A stretch of DNA of 64,000 nucleotides from contig CBDCKN010000005.1 in assembly GCA_965218295.1 (NCBI GenBank), positions 1-64,000 of the forward strand, given 5' to 3'. The translations under genes were made by a program, and so were the position numbers. The stretch is from Longimicrobiales bacterium. GTDB lineage: Bacteria; Gemmatimonadota; Gemmatimonadetes; Longimicrobiales; Gaopeijiaceae. The notes under the pieces are model-generated. The model ran no database searches. It was not told where the DNA came from and saw only the letters and a list, made by a program, of their open reading frames with translations. Shown here one piece after another: positions 1 to 8,858 of the stretch. Every line of letters begins with the position of its first letter. Within the stretch, counting starts at the first letter, position 1.

Positions 1-82
1 TGCCGGCTACGTACTCGAAGAGCTCCTCGGATACTCCGACGAGCGGATTCGGGAGCTGGAGGCGGCGGGGGCGTTCGGATGA
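1..82 (+). CDS. 3' end of a probable CaiB/BaiF (family III) CoA-transferase, partial
   Basis: Frame 2 reads AGYVLEELLGYSDERIRELEAAGAFG*, matching the typical C-terminus of this family; not in the ORF track because it is cut by the window edge. Confidence 0.6.
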   Translation, partial: AGYVLEELLGYSDERIRELEAAGAFG

Positions 83-218
83 GCCCGGGCGGTGTCTGCG
101 AAGGCGACCCCATGAGCGCGGGCATGACCAGGATGGCCGCTACCGCCTGACCACCGTCACGATTACATCCCCGGTATTCGGACGCCTCGACCCGAACGCC
201 GGAAGGGAAACCGAACGT

Positions 219-452
219 CTATTCCATGCGCCTATAGCCATAGAGTCGGTATCCATCCCGCTGCTCCAAGGCGTCGGGTTCGTAGCCTTGCGCAAGTATG
301 GCATCGAGGACCATCGCCATCCCCGCCCCCATGAGATCCTGAGTGCCGACGAAGGTCATCCCGTCCGAGATCGCGAGCTCGAAGGAAGGACCTTCAAGCT
401 TGGTCGCTACGACGTGGGCGTGAGCCGATTCGGCCGACTCGAAAATAGTCAT
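219..452 (-). CDS. Small hypothetical protein (77 aa)
   Basis: ATG-started ORF with protein-like composition filling the gap between the CoA-transferase and the 485-536 repeat. Confidence 0.55.
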   Translation of the reverse strand: MTIFESAESAHAHVVATKLEGPSFELAISDGMTFVGTQDLMGAGMAMVLDAILAQGYEPDALEQRDGYRLYGYRRME

Positions 453-484
453 CGCCGCCTAAGGAGTTACTCTTCGGAGAGCCA

Positions 485-536
485 TACGTATCTCTACATC
501 GCAAGTATACGTACGAGGCCGTGCTGCGGCCTGTAG
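485..536. repeat. 52-bp direct repeat, copy 1 (imperfect palindrome with TACGTAT...ATACGTA arms)
   Basis: tacgtatctctacatcgcaagtatacgtacgaggccgtgctgcggcctgtag; 47/52 identical to copy 2 once the IS256 is removed. Confidence 0.85.
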
Positions 537-1633
537 TCTTGCCACGGGGCGACAGCCGAGATGGTCGGATGGTTGCGCAGATAGTGTCGTACATACGCCC
601 GGAACGTGCCCACATTCGTGAGGCGTCGCTGGTCCGGCATGAAGTCATCGCCCGGCACTTCCCGGGCGTTGGCGACCTCCAGCTCACTCCGCTTGGCCTG
701 CAGGTAGTCGTGCAGGAATTCGAAGCGGGAGAGCCGGGCCACCTCCTCGTCCGACAGGAAATGGATGGAGTTCATGTCCAGGTGGATCGCGCGCTTGATG
801 CGCCGGCCGCCGGACTCACTCATCCCCCGCCAGTTCTTGAACGACTCGGAGATGAACTTGTGGGTGGGGATGGTGGAGATGGTCTTGTCCCAGTTCTGGA
901 TCTTCACCGTATGCAGCGCGATGTCGATGACGTCGCCGTCGGCGTCGGCCTGGGGCATTTCGACCCAGTCCCCGATGCGGATCATTTCGTTGGACATGAT
1001 CTGGACGCTGGCCACCAGCGAGAGGATCGTGTCCCGGAAGACCAGCATCATGACTGCTGTGAGCGCCCCGAGGCCCGACAGAAAAACCACCGGCGAGCGA
1101 TCCGCCAGGATGGAGATCGCCACGATGCCCGCGGTCACATAAAGGAAGAGGCTGATGACCTGGAGATAGCCCTTGATGGGGCGGTTCCCGGCCTCGGCGT
1201 AGGTCTCGGCGTAGATGTCGTTCAGGGCGTTTAGGAGGCCCCCGGCGGCCGTGGTGAGGGCCACCACCACCCATGCCAGGGACACGCGGCGCACCAGGAT
1301 CGCGCCGGCGAGCATGAGTCCCTCCCAACTCGTGGACTCAAGGTCCACGGCCGGGGCGTCAACCAGGGCGTCAGGACCGACTCCCAGCGCCCATCCGATT
1401 CCAGCGTAGGTCACGAGCGCCGGCGCGATGTTGGCCAGCCGGTGGAAGACGCGTCGCTCAATGATGCGATCGTCCCAGGTGGACCGGGTTCTTCTCGCCA
1501 CACGGTGGACCAGCCCCAGGAATACGCGGCGGGCCACGATGTTGGCGGCCCACGCCAGGATGGTGAGGGAAAGGAGCCCGCCCACGGCCCGAAGCCAGTC
1601 GTTCGCGGCTATGCTCGACAGCAAGTCCTGCAT
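494..1633 (-). pseudogene. Mechanosensitive channel MscS family (YbdG/MscM-like), 3'-truncated
   Basis: Motifs GLGALTAVMMLVFRDTIL, IGDWVEMP, VKIQNWDKTI, NWRGMSESGGRRIKR, LTNVGTFRAY; similarity stops after YLRNHPTI (~560) and the last 21 codons run into the repeat. Confidence 0.8.
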
Positions 1634-1885
1634 GGTCTTTCCCTTTCAGGCTATGCGGGGGCGGGCCTCATGCCGCAGCATTTTCGCCCAAGGAACAGTG
1701 TAAACCGCGCGCCCGCCTCAAGACAGGCACGGCAAGCTGTCATGCCAGGATTCGTGTAGTAGGTCTCGGACGGCGGCACGCTTTAGTGAGATGCTTGTGA
1801 GTGTGCACGAATTCGACCCATCTTGGGGCCATGTCTGATCCGGTCTCCCGCCTCAATTGTGGGCCGTACTGCGTTCGAAGAGGCG

Positions 1886-1929
1886 TACGTATCTCTATAT
1901 CGTGAGTATACGTACGAGGCGGTGCTGCG
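1886..1929. repeat. 52-bp direct repeat, copy 2 (left part; tail displaced to 3309-3324 by the IS256)
   Basis: tacgtatctctatatcgtgagtatacgtacgaggcggtgctgcg, 40/44 identical to 485-528; the tail gtgctgcggcatgtag resumes right after the IS. Confidence 0.85.
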
Positions 1930-1931
1930 CG

Positions 1932-3308
1932 GAGGTTGGGTCAATAGGTGTGTAAACGTATCAGGCGGCATTCTTCCGCTGTTGGGTTGAGACGGGCTTT
2001 CCGTCTTCGAACTTTCTTCCTTCAAATACGTCCTTGAGGAGGTGAGGAGCGTCGAGCCTTCGGAACCGCTTCTCAGCCACCAAGAGCAACTTCCAGATTA
2101 GCACCGTAGCGCTCTCCACTCGCTTGAACCGCTTCGCCGCCGTCGTCCTGAGCTGTACCGCAGCGAACGGGCTCTCGACCACGTTCGTCGTGCGTAGATG
2201 CTTCCAGTGATCCTCGGGGAAGTCGTAGAAGGCCACCATCCGCTCCCAGTCGTCCTCGAGTACGTCCACCGCTTTCGGATACCACGGCCTGTAGCGTCTG
2301 GCGAACGCCTCACGGGCCCTCACCGCCTCGGCCCGGCTCGGTGCGTAGACCACGGCCCTGAGAAGATCCTTCGCCTCGCTCTGCTCCCGCTGAGGCAGCC
2401 GGTCCAGCACGTTCCTCATCTTGTGGTTCCAGCACCGTTGCTCGCCCGCCTCAGGCCATACCTGCCGTACTGCGCCCCAGATCGCAGCGTTACCGTCCGC
2501 CATCAAAAGCCGGGGCGCCTCGATGCCGCGTGCCTTCAGATCCCGCAACACCTCCGACCAGGACTCGACCGACTCTCGGTAGCCCGATCTCAGGGCCAAC
2601 ACCTCCTTCGTCCCGTCTCGCATCGCGCCCAGCACCACCAGTAGCGCCGCCTTGTCCCGCTCGAGCCCTGCCTTCACGTAGATCCCGTCCGCCCATACGT
2701 AGACGACCTCACGGCCCTCCAGGCGACGCTGGCTCCATTCCTCGAACTCCGCCGTCCATCCCGCCCGCAGTCTCCGAATCGAAGACTTCGACAGCGGTGC
2801 CCCCTCGCCTAGCAGTCCCCGCATCGCCAGCTCGAAGTCTCCCTCTGCCAGTCCGTGCAGATACAGCTCCGGAAGCAGAGCGCCCAGCTCCTTCGTCCGC
2901 CTCGCGAACAACGGCAGCACCCGACTCTCGAACCGCTCCTCGACGCCCCGAACCCGAGGGCGTCGGAGTGTGATCGTGCCCGAGCTCATCGCCAACCGCC
3001 TCAGCTTGCCATATCCGTTGCGGTAGCCCTCGGCCGAGTCCACCGTACTCCTGCGCTCTGACTTCTCCCGGCCTAACAACTCCGTGACTTCCTCCTCCAT
3101 GATCTGTTGGATGAACTCCTGCGCCTTCTCCCTAACCATCCCCTCGAGCGTCTCCCACATCGGCCTGCTGGACACACCCTGGGGTCCCGCGATATCCTCT
3201 CTCATGAGGCGACGTTCCTTTCCCCGGGCTGTCACCCGGGCTCGCTGGTTTAAATCTCAGCGCAAAGGTACGTCGCCTCTCTTTTTACACACCCTTTGAT
3301 CCTAGCTC
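1932..3308 (-). mobile_element. IS256-family insertion sequence (1377 bp)
   Basis: 25-bp terminal inverted repeats GAGGTTGGGTCAATAGGTGTGTAAA (1932-1956) and GAGCTAGGATCAAAGGGTGTGTAAA (reverse complement of 3284-3308), 20/25 match; GTGCTGCG duplicated on both flanks (1922-1929, 3309-3316); single transposase ORF. Confidence 0.9.
1961..3205 (-). CDS. IS256-family (Mutator-like) DDE transposase
   Basis: YRNGY, WADGIY, MADGN, QRCWNH and RTTNVVES motifs; ATG at 3205 preceded by GGAAAGGA. Confidence 0.95.
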   Translation of the reverse strand: MREDIAGPQGVSSRPMWETLEGMVREKAQEFIQQIMEEEVTELLGREKSERRSTVDSAEGYRNGYGKLRRLAMSSGTITLRRPRVRGVEERFESRVLPLFARRTKELGALLPELYLHGLAEGDFELAMRGLLGEGAPLSKSSIRRLRAGWTAEFEEWSQRRLEGREVVYVWADGIYVKAGLERDKAALLVVLGAMRDGTKEVLALRSGYRESVESWSEVLRDLKARGIEAPRLLMADGNAAIWGAVRQVWPEAGEQRCWNHKMRNVLDRLPQREQSEAKDLLRAVVYAPSRAEAVRAREAFARRYRPWYPKAVDVLEDDWERMVAFYDFPEDHWKHLRTTNVVESPFAAVQLRTTAAKRFKRVESATVLIWKLLLVAEKRFRRLDAPHLLKDVFEGRKFEDGKPVSTQQRKNAA

Positions 3309-3455
3309 GTGCTGCGGCATGTAGATGCGTCAGCCTATCCGCCCCACGAGCTGGTCCACTGACCCGCGCGATCCCCAGGGACGCGCTGCACGCACGCAAC
3401 TCCCTGACGTCGTACCTTCGGGCCCCATGCGAGGCCCACCATATGCACCTCAGCC

Positions 3456-4112
3456 ATGACCTTTCAGACGCCCCCATCTCAAGACGAAGAGCCGACCCGC
3501 CAGCTGCCCGATGTGCCCTGGGTTGCCCTCATCGTCGTCGTCGCCCTGCTCATCGCGGCGGTTCTGTTTGTGAGGTCGAGCTTTCGGAGCCCCGAGCTCC
3601 AGTGGTATCCGGTCTCGGCCGTGGAGCCAAAGGAGGTGGGGGACAGCCTCGCAGGTCCCGAAATCTATACGGTGGACGGCAGGGCAGACCGACTCACCTA
3701 CTTCGATTTCTCGAGGGGATCCGTGATCCAGGACGATCCTGATCCTCTCGGATGGGACCTGGCGTTCCGTCGATTCACGGTTCTGGTCAACGGCGGCTCG
3801 GGCCTGAGCGGCATTCGCGACCTCGGGGAGGTGTCGTTCGACTCTGTCACTAGCGTTCCTGCAGACGGGTATGCCGTCAATGACGCCACGCCGGAGTCGG
3901 GCAACCCGGCCATGGCCCAGTGGTACGACTACAGTTGGACGAGCCACGTTCTGAAGCCCAAGGGGAAGGTCTTTGCGGTGCGCACAGCCGACGGACGCTA
4001 CGGCATCTTCGAGATTCTGAGCTACTACTGTCCGGGAGCTCAAGCAGGCTGCATCACCATCCGCTACGTGTACCAAGGGGCGGGCGGCACCAGCTTCGAG
4101 CGCGGATTCTAG
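3456..4112 (+). CDS. HmuY-family (heme-binding-like) protein with N-terminal membrane anchor
   Basis: WDLAFRRF-x-NGG, WYDYS...HVLKPK and VRTADGRY-x-FEILSYY motifs; hydrophobic segment near the N-terminus. Confidence 0.8.
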   Translation: MTFQTPPSQDEEPTRQLPDVPWVALIVVVALLIAAVLFVRSSFRSPELQWYPVSAVEPKEVGDSLAGPEIYTVDGRADRLTYFDFSRGSVIQDDPDPLGWDLAFRRFTVLVNGGSGLSGIRDLGEVSFDSVTSVPADGYAVNDATPESGNPAMAQWYDYSWTSHVLKPKGKVFAVRTADGRYGIFEILSYYCPGAQAGCITIRYVYQGAGGTSFERGF

Positions 4113-4163
4113 AGCGAGGGCGGCAGTGCCGTGTGAATGCTCAAACGACTGCCTCCCGGCACC

Positions 4164-6042
4164 CTATTTCGTTCGCACCACCCACACCTGAATGGCCGAG
4201 CCCAGCGCCCCACCGCCGCTCCTTTCGACTTTCAAGGAGTACTGGGGAGCGACCGATCCCCCCACCAGGAAGTACGCGGTGGACGGATCGATGACCTTTA
4301 TCTCCTCCGTGAAGTCGCTGTAGGACTTCCGAAGGGGCTCGAGCCAGGCCTGGGTCTTCACGCGCTCAGCCCCGTGAAGCGCGCTATAGTAGTCCCAGCT
4401 CGACACCACATGCCTCGGGTCGGACTGTCCCGGACGATCGTCCATGTAGAACGCGGCGGCCCACTGGGCCAAGAGGTCCTCCAAGGGACCAAACTGGCCC
4501 AGGATCTCCCGCAGGTTGTCGAATCCCGCCACGTTGTTGTTGATGAGAGTCTGGTGCAGTGCCGGCTCACCCCCGAGCTGCTCGCCGAACTGGTCCGCGG
4601 CCCAGCGGAGGAACGACCACGTCACGCCGTACCACAGCGGTCGACTCCCACACGGATCGTCCTCGCCTGCGTCGGTCCAGGTGCACTCCTGGGGCGCTCC
4701 CTCGACTCGTGGCGTGTTGTCGTCGACTTCTCCACCCGGCCAGCCGAAGTAGTAGACCAGATCGACCCACGAGTTTGCGTACCAGGGATAGGGCTGGGTG
4801 TCGCCGAAGTCGAGACCCACTGCAATACTGAGATTCTGGCCGGGAGCGTTTCCGATGATGGAGTGACCCACGATCTCCTCGCCGAGGGTCGCCATACCCT
4901 CCGCCATGAACAGGGCCATGAACTCAAACGATTCTACCCCTTGGGGGAAGCGGTAGGTGAACTGGATGATGTGGGCGAATTCGTGGGCGATGATCACCGG
5001 GAGGAAATCGAACAGGCGGTCCGTGTCCTGCGCCTGGCCCACGGTTGAGTCCGGATCGGGCGCGATGGCGTAGAAGAACTCGCCCTCGTTGCTCGTGTGG
5101 AGGTCGTTCTGCGCACCGGTCTCCTCTCTGGTGAAGAAGTCGCAGGGGTTCACGAAGCCGAGGACCTGAGGCCCGTCACCGTTGTCGACGTTGATCTGCT
5201 TGGTCACGACGATGCCGATCCGTCCGTTACCGTCCATGTCGCTGACTGCACCGAAGTGGGCGGTCTCGGTGGCGTGGATGTGGTTGTCGAAGAGGTCGGC
5301 TAACTCCTGGAGCTGCGCGTCCGTGAACCCCCCGGCCGGATTCTCGACGTCCACGAACCACATGGACTTCTCGTTCTTGACCCTCAGCTCGGCCAACACC
5401 GCTCTGCTAGCGCTCTGTGTGCAGTCGCTGGCGCTCCCCTTCCGTACCCGGAACTCCACCTGGTCACCCACCTCTTCGGCTCCCGTGACGATGGCGCGTG
5501 CCGGACCCCGCTGCGCGGCGGAGCGAATATCCTGGCGCACGAATGGGTCCCGCACCGGCTGCAGCATGCGTGCAAACATGGCGCCGTGGGCTTCCCGATG
5601 TTCCCGCAGGAGCTGGAGTCCGGGATGCCTGAGGAGCTCCGGCGACAGTTGGAGTGCTCCGCCGGGGTCGGACGGGGCTGGAGGGGCGGCCTGGGCCGCG
5701 GCCTGTAGGGCCGCCGTCTTGACCCGCTGGCCCCTGACCGTGATGTTCCTCACCACGACTCCACCCTGGCCGTCGCCCTCGCTGACCGACTGCACGCCGA
5801 GGAGGTACTCAGTGACCGACCCGGTCGGGGCGAAGTTGAAGCAGTACGTAGACTGGTCCCTGACGATCACCTGTTCTCCCACCGCCAGGCTGAGCTCACC
5901 ACCCGCGGGGCACAGCAGCTGCGGCGGGGGAGGGGGAGGGGGGGGGGCTGGTTGGGTCATCCGCCACACCACCATCTCCGGCGTTGCAGGCCGTGACAAG
6001 TGCCAGGGAGAGAACGAGGAGAGGAAGATCTGGTCTACGCAT
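4164..6042 (-). CDS. Lipoprotein zinc metallopeptidase (HEXXH...E gluzincin), frameshifted at the G10 tract 5938-5947
   Basis: Signal peptide and lipobox MRRPDLPLLVLSLALVTA-C start at 6042 in one frame; the catalytic body (AHEFAH, FMAEGMA) is in another; the frames join at the homopolymer if it is 9 or 12 nt. Confidence 0.75.
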
Positions 6043-6279
6043 GGCCTGTGAGCCTCCGGCGGTTTCCGTGCCATTCCGGGAGTCGCAGGCTCGACCCACG
6101 GCACATGATCAACTGTACGCCGCACGTCTTGGAGAGACTTGCTTGCGTACAGAATAGAAAGACCCGGATAACGTGTCCCAGTTCCCGGATCGGTTCGTCC
6201 TATACGTACGCCTACGTACGCCATAGGCTCCCCGACCTGTCAGGTCGGCCCACCGATGACCTTGCCTGGCCCTCTCGGA

Positions 6280-7092
6280 CTACGAGACGAGAAGGCGGGG
6301 GACGATGTCGGCGGCCGGTGCCCGGAAGCTCATCCGGGCTACTCCGGAAAGAGGCGTGGGCGCCGGATTGACCTCCACTACGACACCCCCCGCCCGATGG
6401 GTGAGAAGGGGAAGCGAGGCGGCCGGGTGGACCACGGCGCTCGTGCCCACCACCAGGCAGACCTCGGCGGACTCGGCAGCGGTGACGGCGGCGTCCAGCG
6501 TCATCGGCTCCAGGGACTCGCCGAACCAGACGACGTCCGGCCGGAGCAGGCTGTCACATTCGGGGCAGCGGGGAAGGGAATCCTCGCTGGTGGCGTCAAC
6601 CGGGCCCCGATGTCCAACTCGGAACCGACATGCGACGCAGCGAACCCGAAAGAGGGAGCCATGGAGCTCCAGCGGGAGCGCCCCTCGTAACGTGGGATCT
6701 GCCCCGTCCCGAGCCCCCACCTCCTCGAGAGCCAGCTCGTGCAGGCCGTCGACGTTCTGGGTCACGATTCTGGAGTGTGGATCCCGTAGCGTCAGGCGAG
6801 CCAGGACTTCGTGGGCCGCGTTGGGGCGGCACCCAGCCACCAGCTCCCGCCGCCATCCGTACCACTCCCAGACGAGGCGGGGATCTGCCTCGAACGCCTG
6901 AGGGGTCGCGAGCTGCTCGGGCCGGTGGTTCTTCCAGAGTCCGTCGGGTCCTCTGAAGGTCGGGACACCCGACTCGGCGCTTACCCCGGCGCCCGTGAGC
7001 ACGAGCGTGCTCTCAGCCGACTCGAGGAGGCGCCGGGCCTCGCCGATCGCCCGGTCCGGATCAGTCACAGGTTTGATCAGCCCTTCAGTCAT
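6280..7092 (-). CDS. cobB: NAD-dependent protein deacylase (sirtuin, CobB-like)
   Basis: TGAGVSAESGVPTFRG, TQNVDGLH, ELHGS, two CxxC, LRPDVVWFGE, VGTS; start ATG overlaps the upstream TGA. Confidence 0.9.
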   Translation of the reverse strand: MTEGLIKPVTDPDRAIGEARRLLESAESTLVLTGAGVSAESGVPTFRGPDGLWKNHRPEQLATPQAFEADPRLVWEWYGWRRELVAGCRPNAAHEVLARLTLRDPHSRIVTQNVDGLHELALEEVGARDGADPTLRGALPLELHGSLFRVRCVACRFRVGHRGPVDATSEDSLPRCPECDSLLRPDVVWFGESLEPMTLDAAVTAAESAEVCLVVGTSAVVHPAASLPLLTHRAGGVVVEVNPAPTPLSGVARMSFRAPAADIVPRLLVS

Positions 7093-7472
7093 CCACGGAA
7101 TATCGCCCAGGCGAGGCTCGCCCAGCCGCTGATCATGGCCAGCCCTCCCAGGGGCGTGACGGCACCGAGCCAGCGCTGTCCAGTCAGAACCAGGACGTAC
7201 AGGCTGCCGGAGAAGACGACGATGCCCAGGACGAAGAGCCACCCCGCGGCCGTGGTGGCTCCAGACGGCCACCGTGACGCGGCCCAGGCGACGGCGAGAA
7301 GCGCCAGCGCGTGGTACATCTGGTAGCGAACGCCGGTCTCGAACGTGATCAGGTCCTCCGGGCTCAAGCGCCCCCTCAGGGCATGCGCGCCGAAGGCTCC
7401 GAAGATCACGGCCACCATTGCCAGGAGCGATCCGATGAAGGCGAATGTCCGATCCATGATCTCCTCGGCCAT
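7089..7472 (-). CDS. DUF423 / YgdD / TMEM256-family membrane protein
   Basis: GAFGAHAL, TGVRYQMYHAL, FSGSLY, GAVTPLGG. Confidence 0.92.
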   Translation of the reverse strand: MAEEIMDRTFAFIGSLLAMVAVIFGAFGAHALRGRLSPEDLITFETGVRYQMYHALALLAVAWAASRWPSGATTAAGWLFVLGIVVFSGSLYVLVLTGQRWLGAVTPLGGLAMISGWASLAWAIFRG

Positions 7473-7633
7473 GGGGTGAGGGGCGCCCGAGCGGTCCGGG
7501 AGCGTCGAAGGGTGGCCCGACCGATGACTTCAGCATAGGACGGCACCGAGGACTCAGCCAGGCTTCCGGAGTGGGCGCGTGGACGTTTTCAGGGCCGGTA
7601 GCGCGCATCAGTCTCGACCTGTAAGCTCCCGGG

Positions 7634-8848
7634 ATGCACGTCACCAGCGTCGAAGAATCTCGCCGGATCCGAGCATTCGGAGGGGGGGCCGGAGGTGTGG
7701 CTTTGGCGGTCGGCGTTGCCCACATGCTGAACGACGCGTACGCCTCCTTCCTGCATCCGCTGCTCCCCAGGATCATGGAGAACTTCGGGCTCTCCATCGC
7801 CATGGCTGCGTCGCTCGTCATGACGCTGTCCCTGTCCGCCTCGCTCCTCCAGCCTCTCGTCGGCTACTGGGCGGATCGCTATAGCCGCAAGCTGCTCGTC
7901 ATCGCCGGGCCACTCATCTCCGGCGTGTTCCTGTCCTTGATGGGATTCGCGCCGACGTTCGGCGTGCTGATGGTGGTTCTCGTGCTCGGAGGCATGGGAA
8001 GTGCGGTCTTCCACCCGCCGGCGGCGGCCATGTCGGCCCGGGTATCGGAGGGGAAGGGGAGTGGACTGCGGCTTTCTCTCTTTTCATTCGGGGGCACCAT
8101 GGGGTTCGCCGTCGGTCCCTTGGTGGCGGTCGGTCTGGTGTCGATCATGGGAATGAGGGGACTGTGGATCGCAATGCTGCCGGCCCTCGTCGCCGCGGTA
8201 CTTCTCTCCCGTGTGCTTCCGCCGGATCGACCCCACCCCGATGCCGCTCCTCCACCTTCCCCCAGGGACGTGCTACGAGGCCTCAAGGGACCTCTGGGCG
8301 TGATCTTCGCCATCAGCGCACTGGGAGCCTTCGTACAGCGCGTGTTCATCACCATGGCGCCCATCGTCGCTGCCGACGCGGGGATCTCCGAGGCCATGGG
8401 CGCCGTGACGCTGAGCATCTATCTCGGCGCACAGGGAGCGGGGACCATCACCGGTGGCATGCTGACGGATCGGGTTGACCGAGGGCGACTTCTGGCAGGT
8501 ATCACGGCCCTTGCCGTGCCGATCCACATGCTGGCGATTTGGCTTCCGGCGGGATCACTTTCGGCCCTCCTCTTTGCTGCGTGCTCCGGATTCCTCAATA
8601 TGGCACTCCTGCCACCCATCGTTGTGATGGCCCAGGAGATCGTTCCTGAGAGTACGGCAGTCGGCTCGGGGATCGTCATGGGGCTGGCCTGGGCCACCGG
8701 ATCGGTGGGAGTTCTTGTGACGGGCGTCCTCGGGGACATCATGGGGGCTCGCGCGGCGGCTCTGGTCTCGATTCCGGTGCTCTTCGCCGGGACCGCGTTG
8801 GCCTTCCATCCGGTCCTCCGGGCTCACCGGTGGGCGCAACACCCGTAG
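7634..8848 (+). CDS. MFS transporter (Fsr-like)
   Basis: About 12 hydrophobic segments; HMLND, QPLVGYWADRYSR, GSAVFHP. Confidence 0.9.
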   Translation: MHVTSVEESRRIRAFGGGAGGVALAVGVAHMLNDAYASFLHPLLPRIMENFGLSIAMAASLVMTLSLSASLLQPLVGYWADRYSRKLLVIAGPLISGVFLSLMGFAPTFGVLMVVLVLGGMGSAVFHPPAAAMSARVSEGKGSGLRLSLFSFGGTMGFAVGPLVAVGLVSIMGMRGLWIAMLPALVAAVLLSRVLPPDRPHPDAAPPPSPRDVLRGLKGPLGVIFAISALGAFVQRVFITMAPIVAADAGISEAMGAVTLSIYLGAQGAGTITGGMLTDRVDRGRLLAGITALAVPIHMLAIWLPAGSLSALLFAACSGFLNMALLPPIVVMAQEIVPESTAVGSGIVMGLAWATGSVGVLVTGVLGDIMGARAAALVSIPVLFAGTALAFHPVLRAHRWAQHP

Positions 8849-8858
8849 AAAGGAAAGC

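Noticed and set aside
455..560. Integron attC interpretation of repeat copy 1
   Set aside because: No RYYYAAC/GTTRRRY pair bounds the hairpin on either strand, and no integron integrase is in the window.
1725..1790. Sigma-54 promoter-like GGCACG motifs near 1726 and 1775
   Set aside because: No GC dinucleotide at the required spacing (GG-N10-GC).
485..1929. CRISPR array interpretation of the direct repeats
   Set aside because: Only two copies, about 1.4 kb apart, with no cas genes.
1783..2025. 80-aa ORF spanning the IS end and repeat copy 2
   Set aside because: It crosses the IS boundary; its similarity to the 394-687 ORF (STASYVY) comes only from the DNA repeat.
3296..3327. IS-derived hybrid promoter for the HmuY-like gene (TTGATC in the IR)
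   Set aside because: No credible -10 hexamer at 16-18 nt spacing.
6043..6224. N-terminus of the 686-aa peptidase as given in the ORF track
   Set aside because: No signal peptide and not protein-like; the lipoprotein signal in another frame at 6042 is the better start.
6280..7821. Apparent 513-aa extended sirtuin
   Set aside because: The upstream part overlaps the DUF423 and MFS genes; the real start is ATG 7092, coupled to the DUF423 stop.
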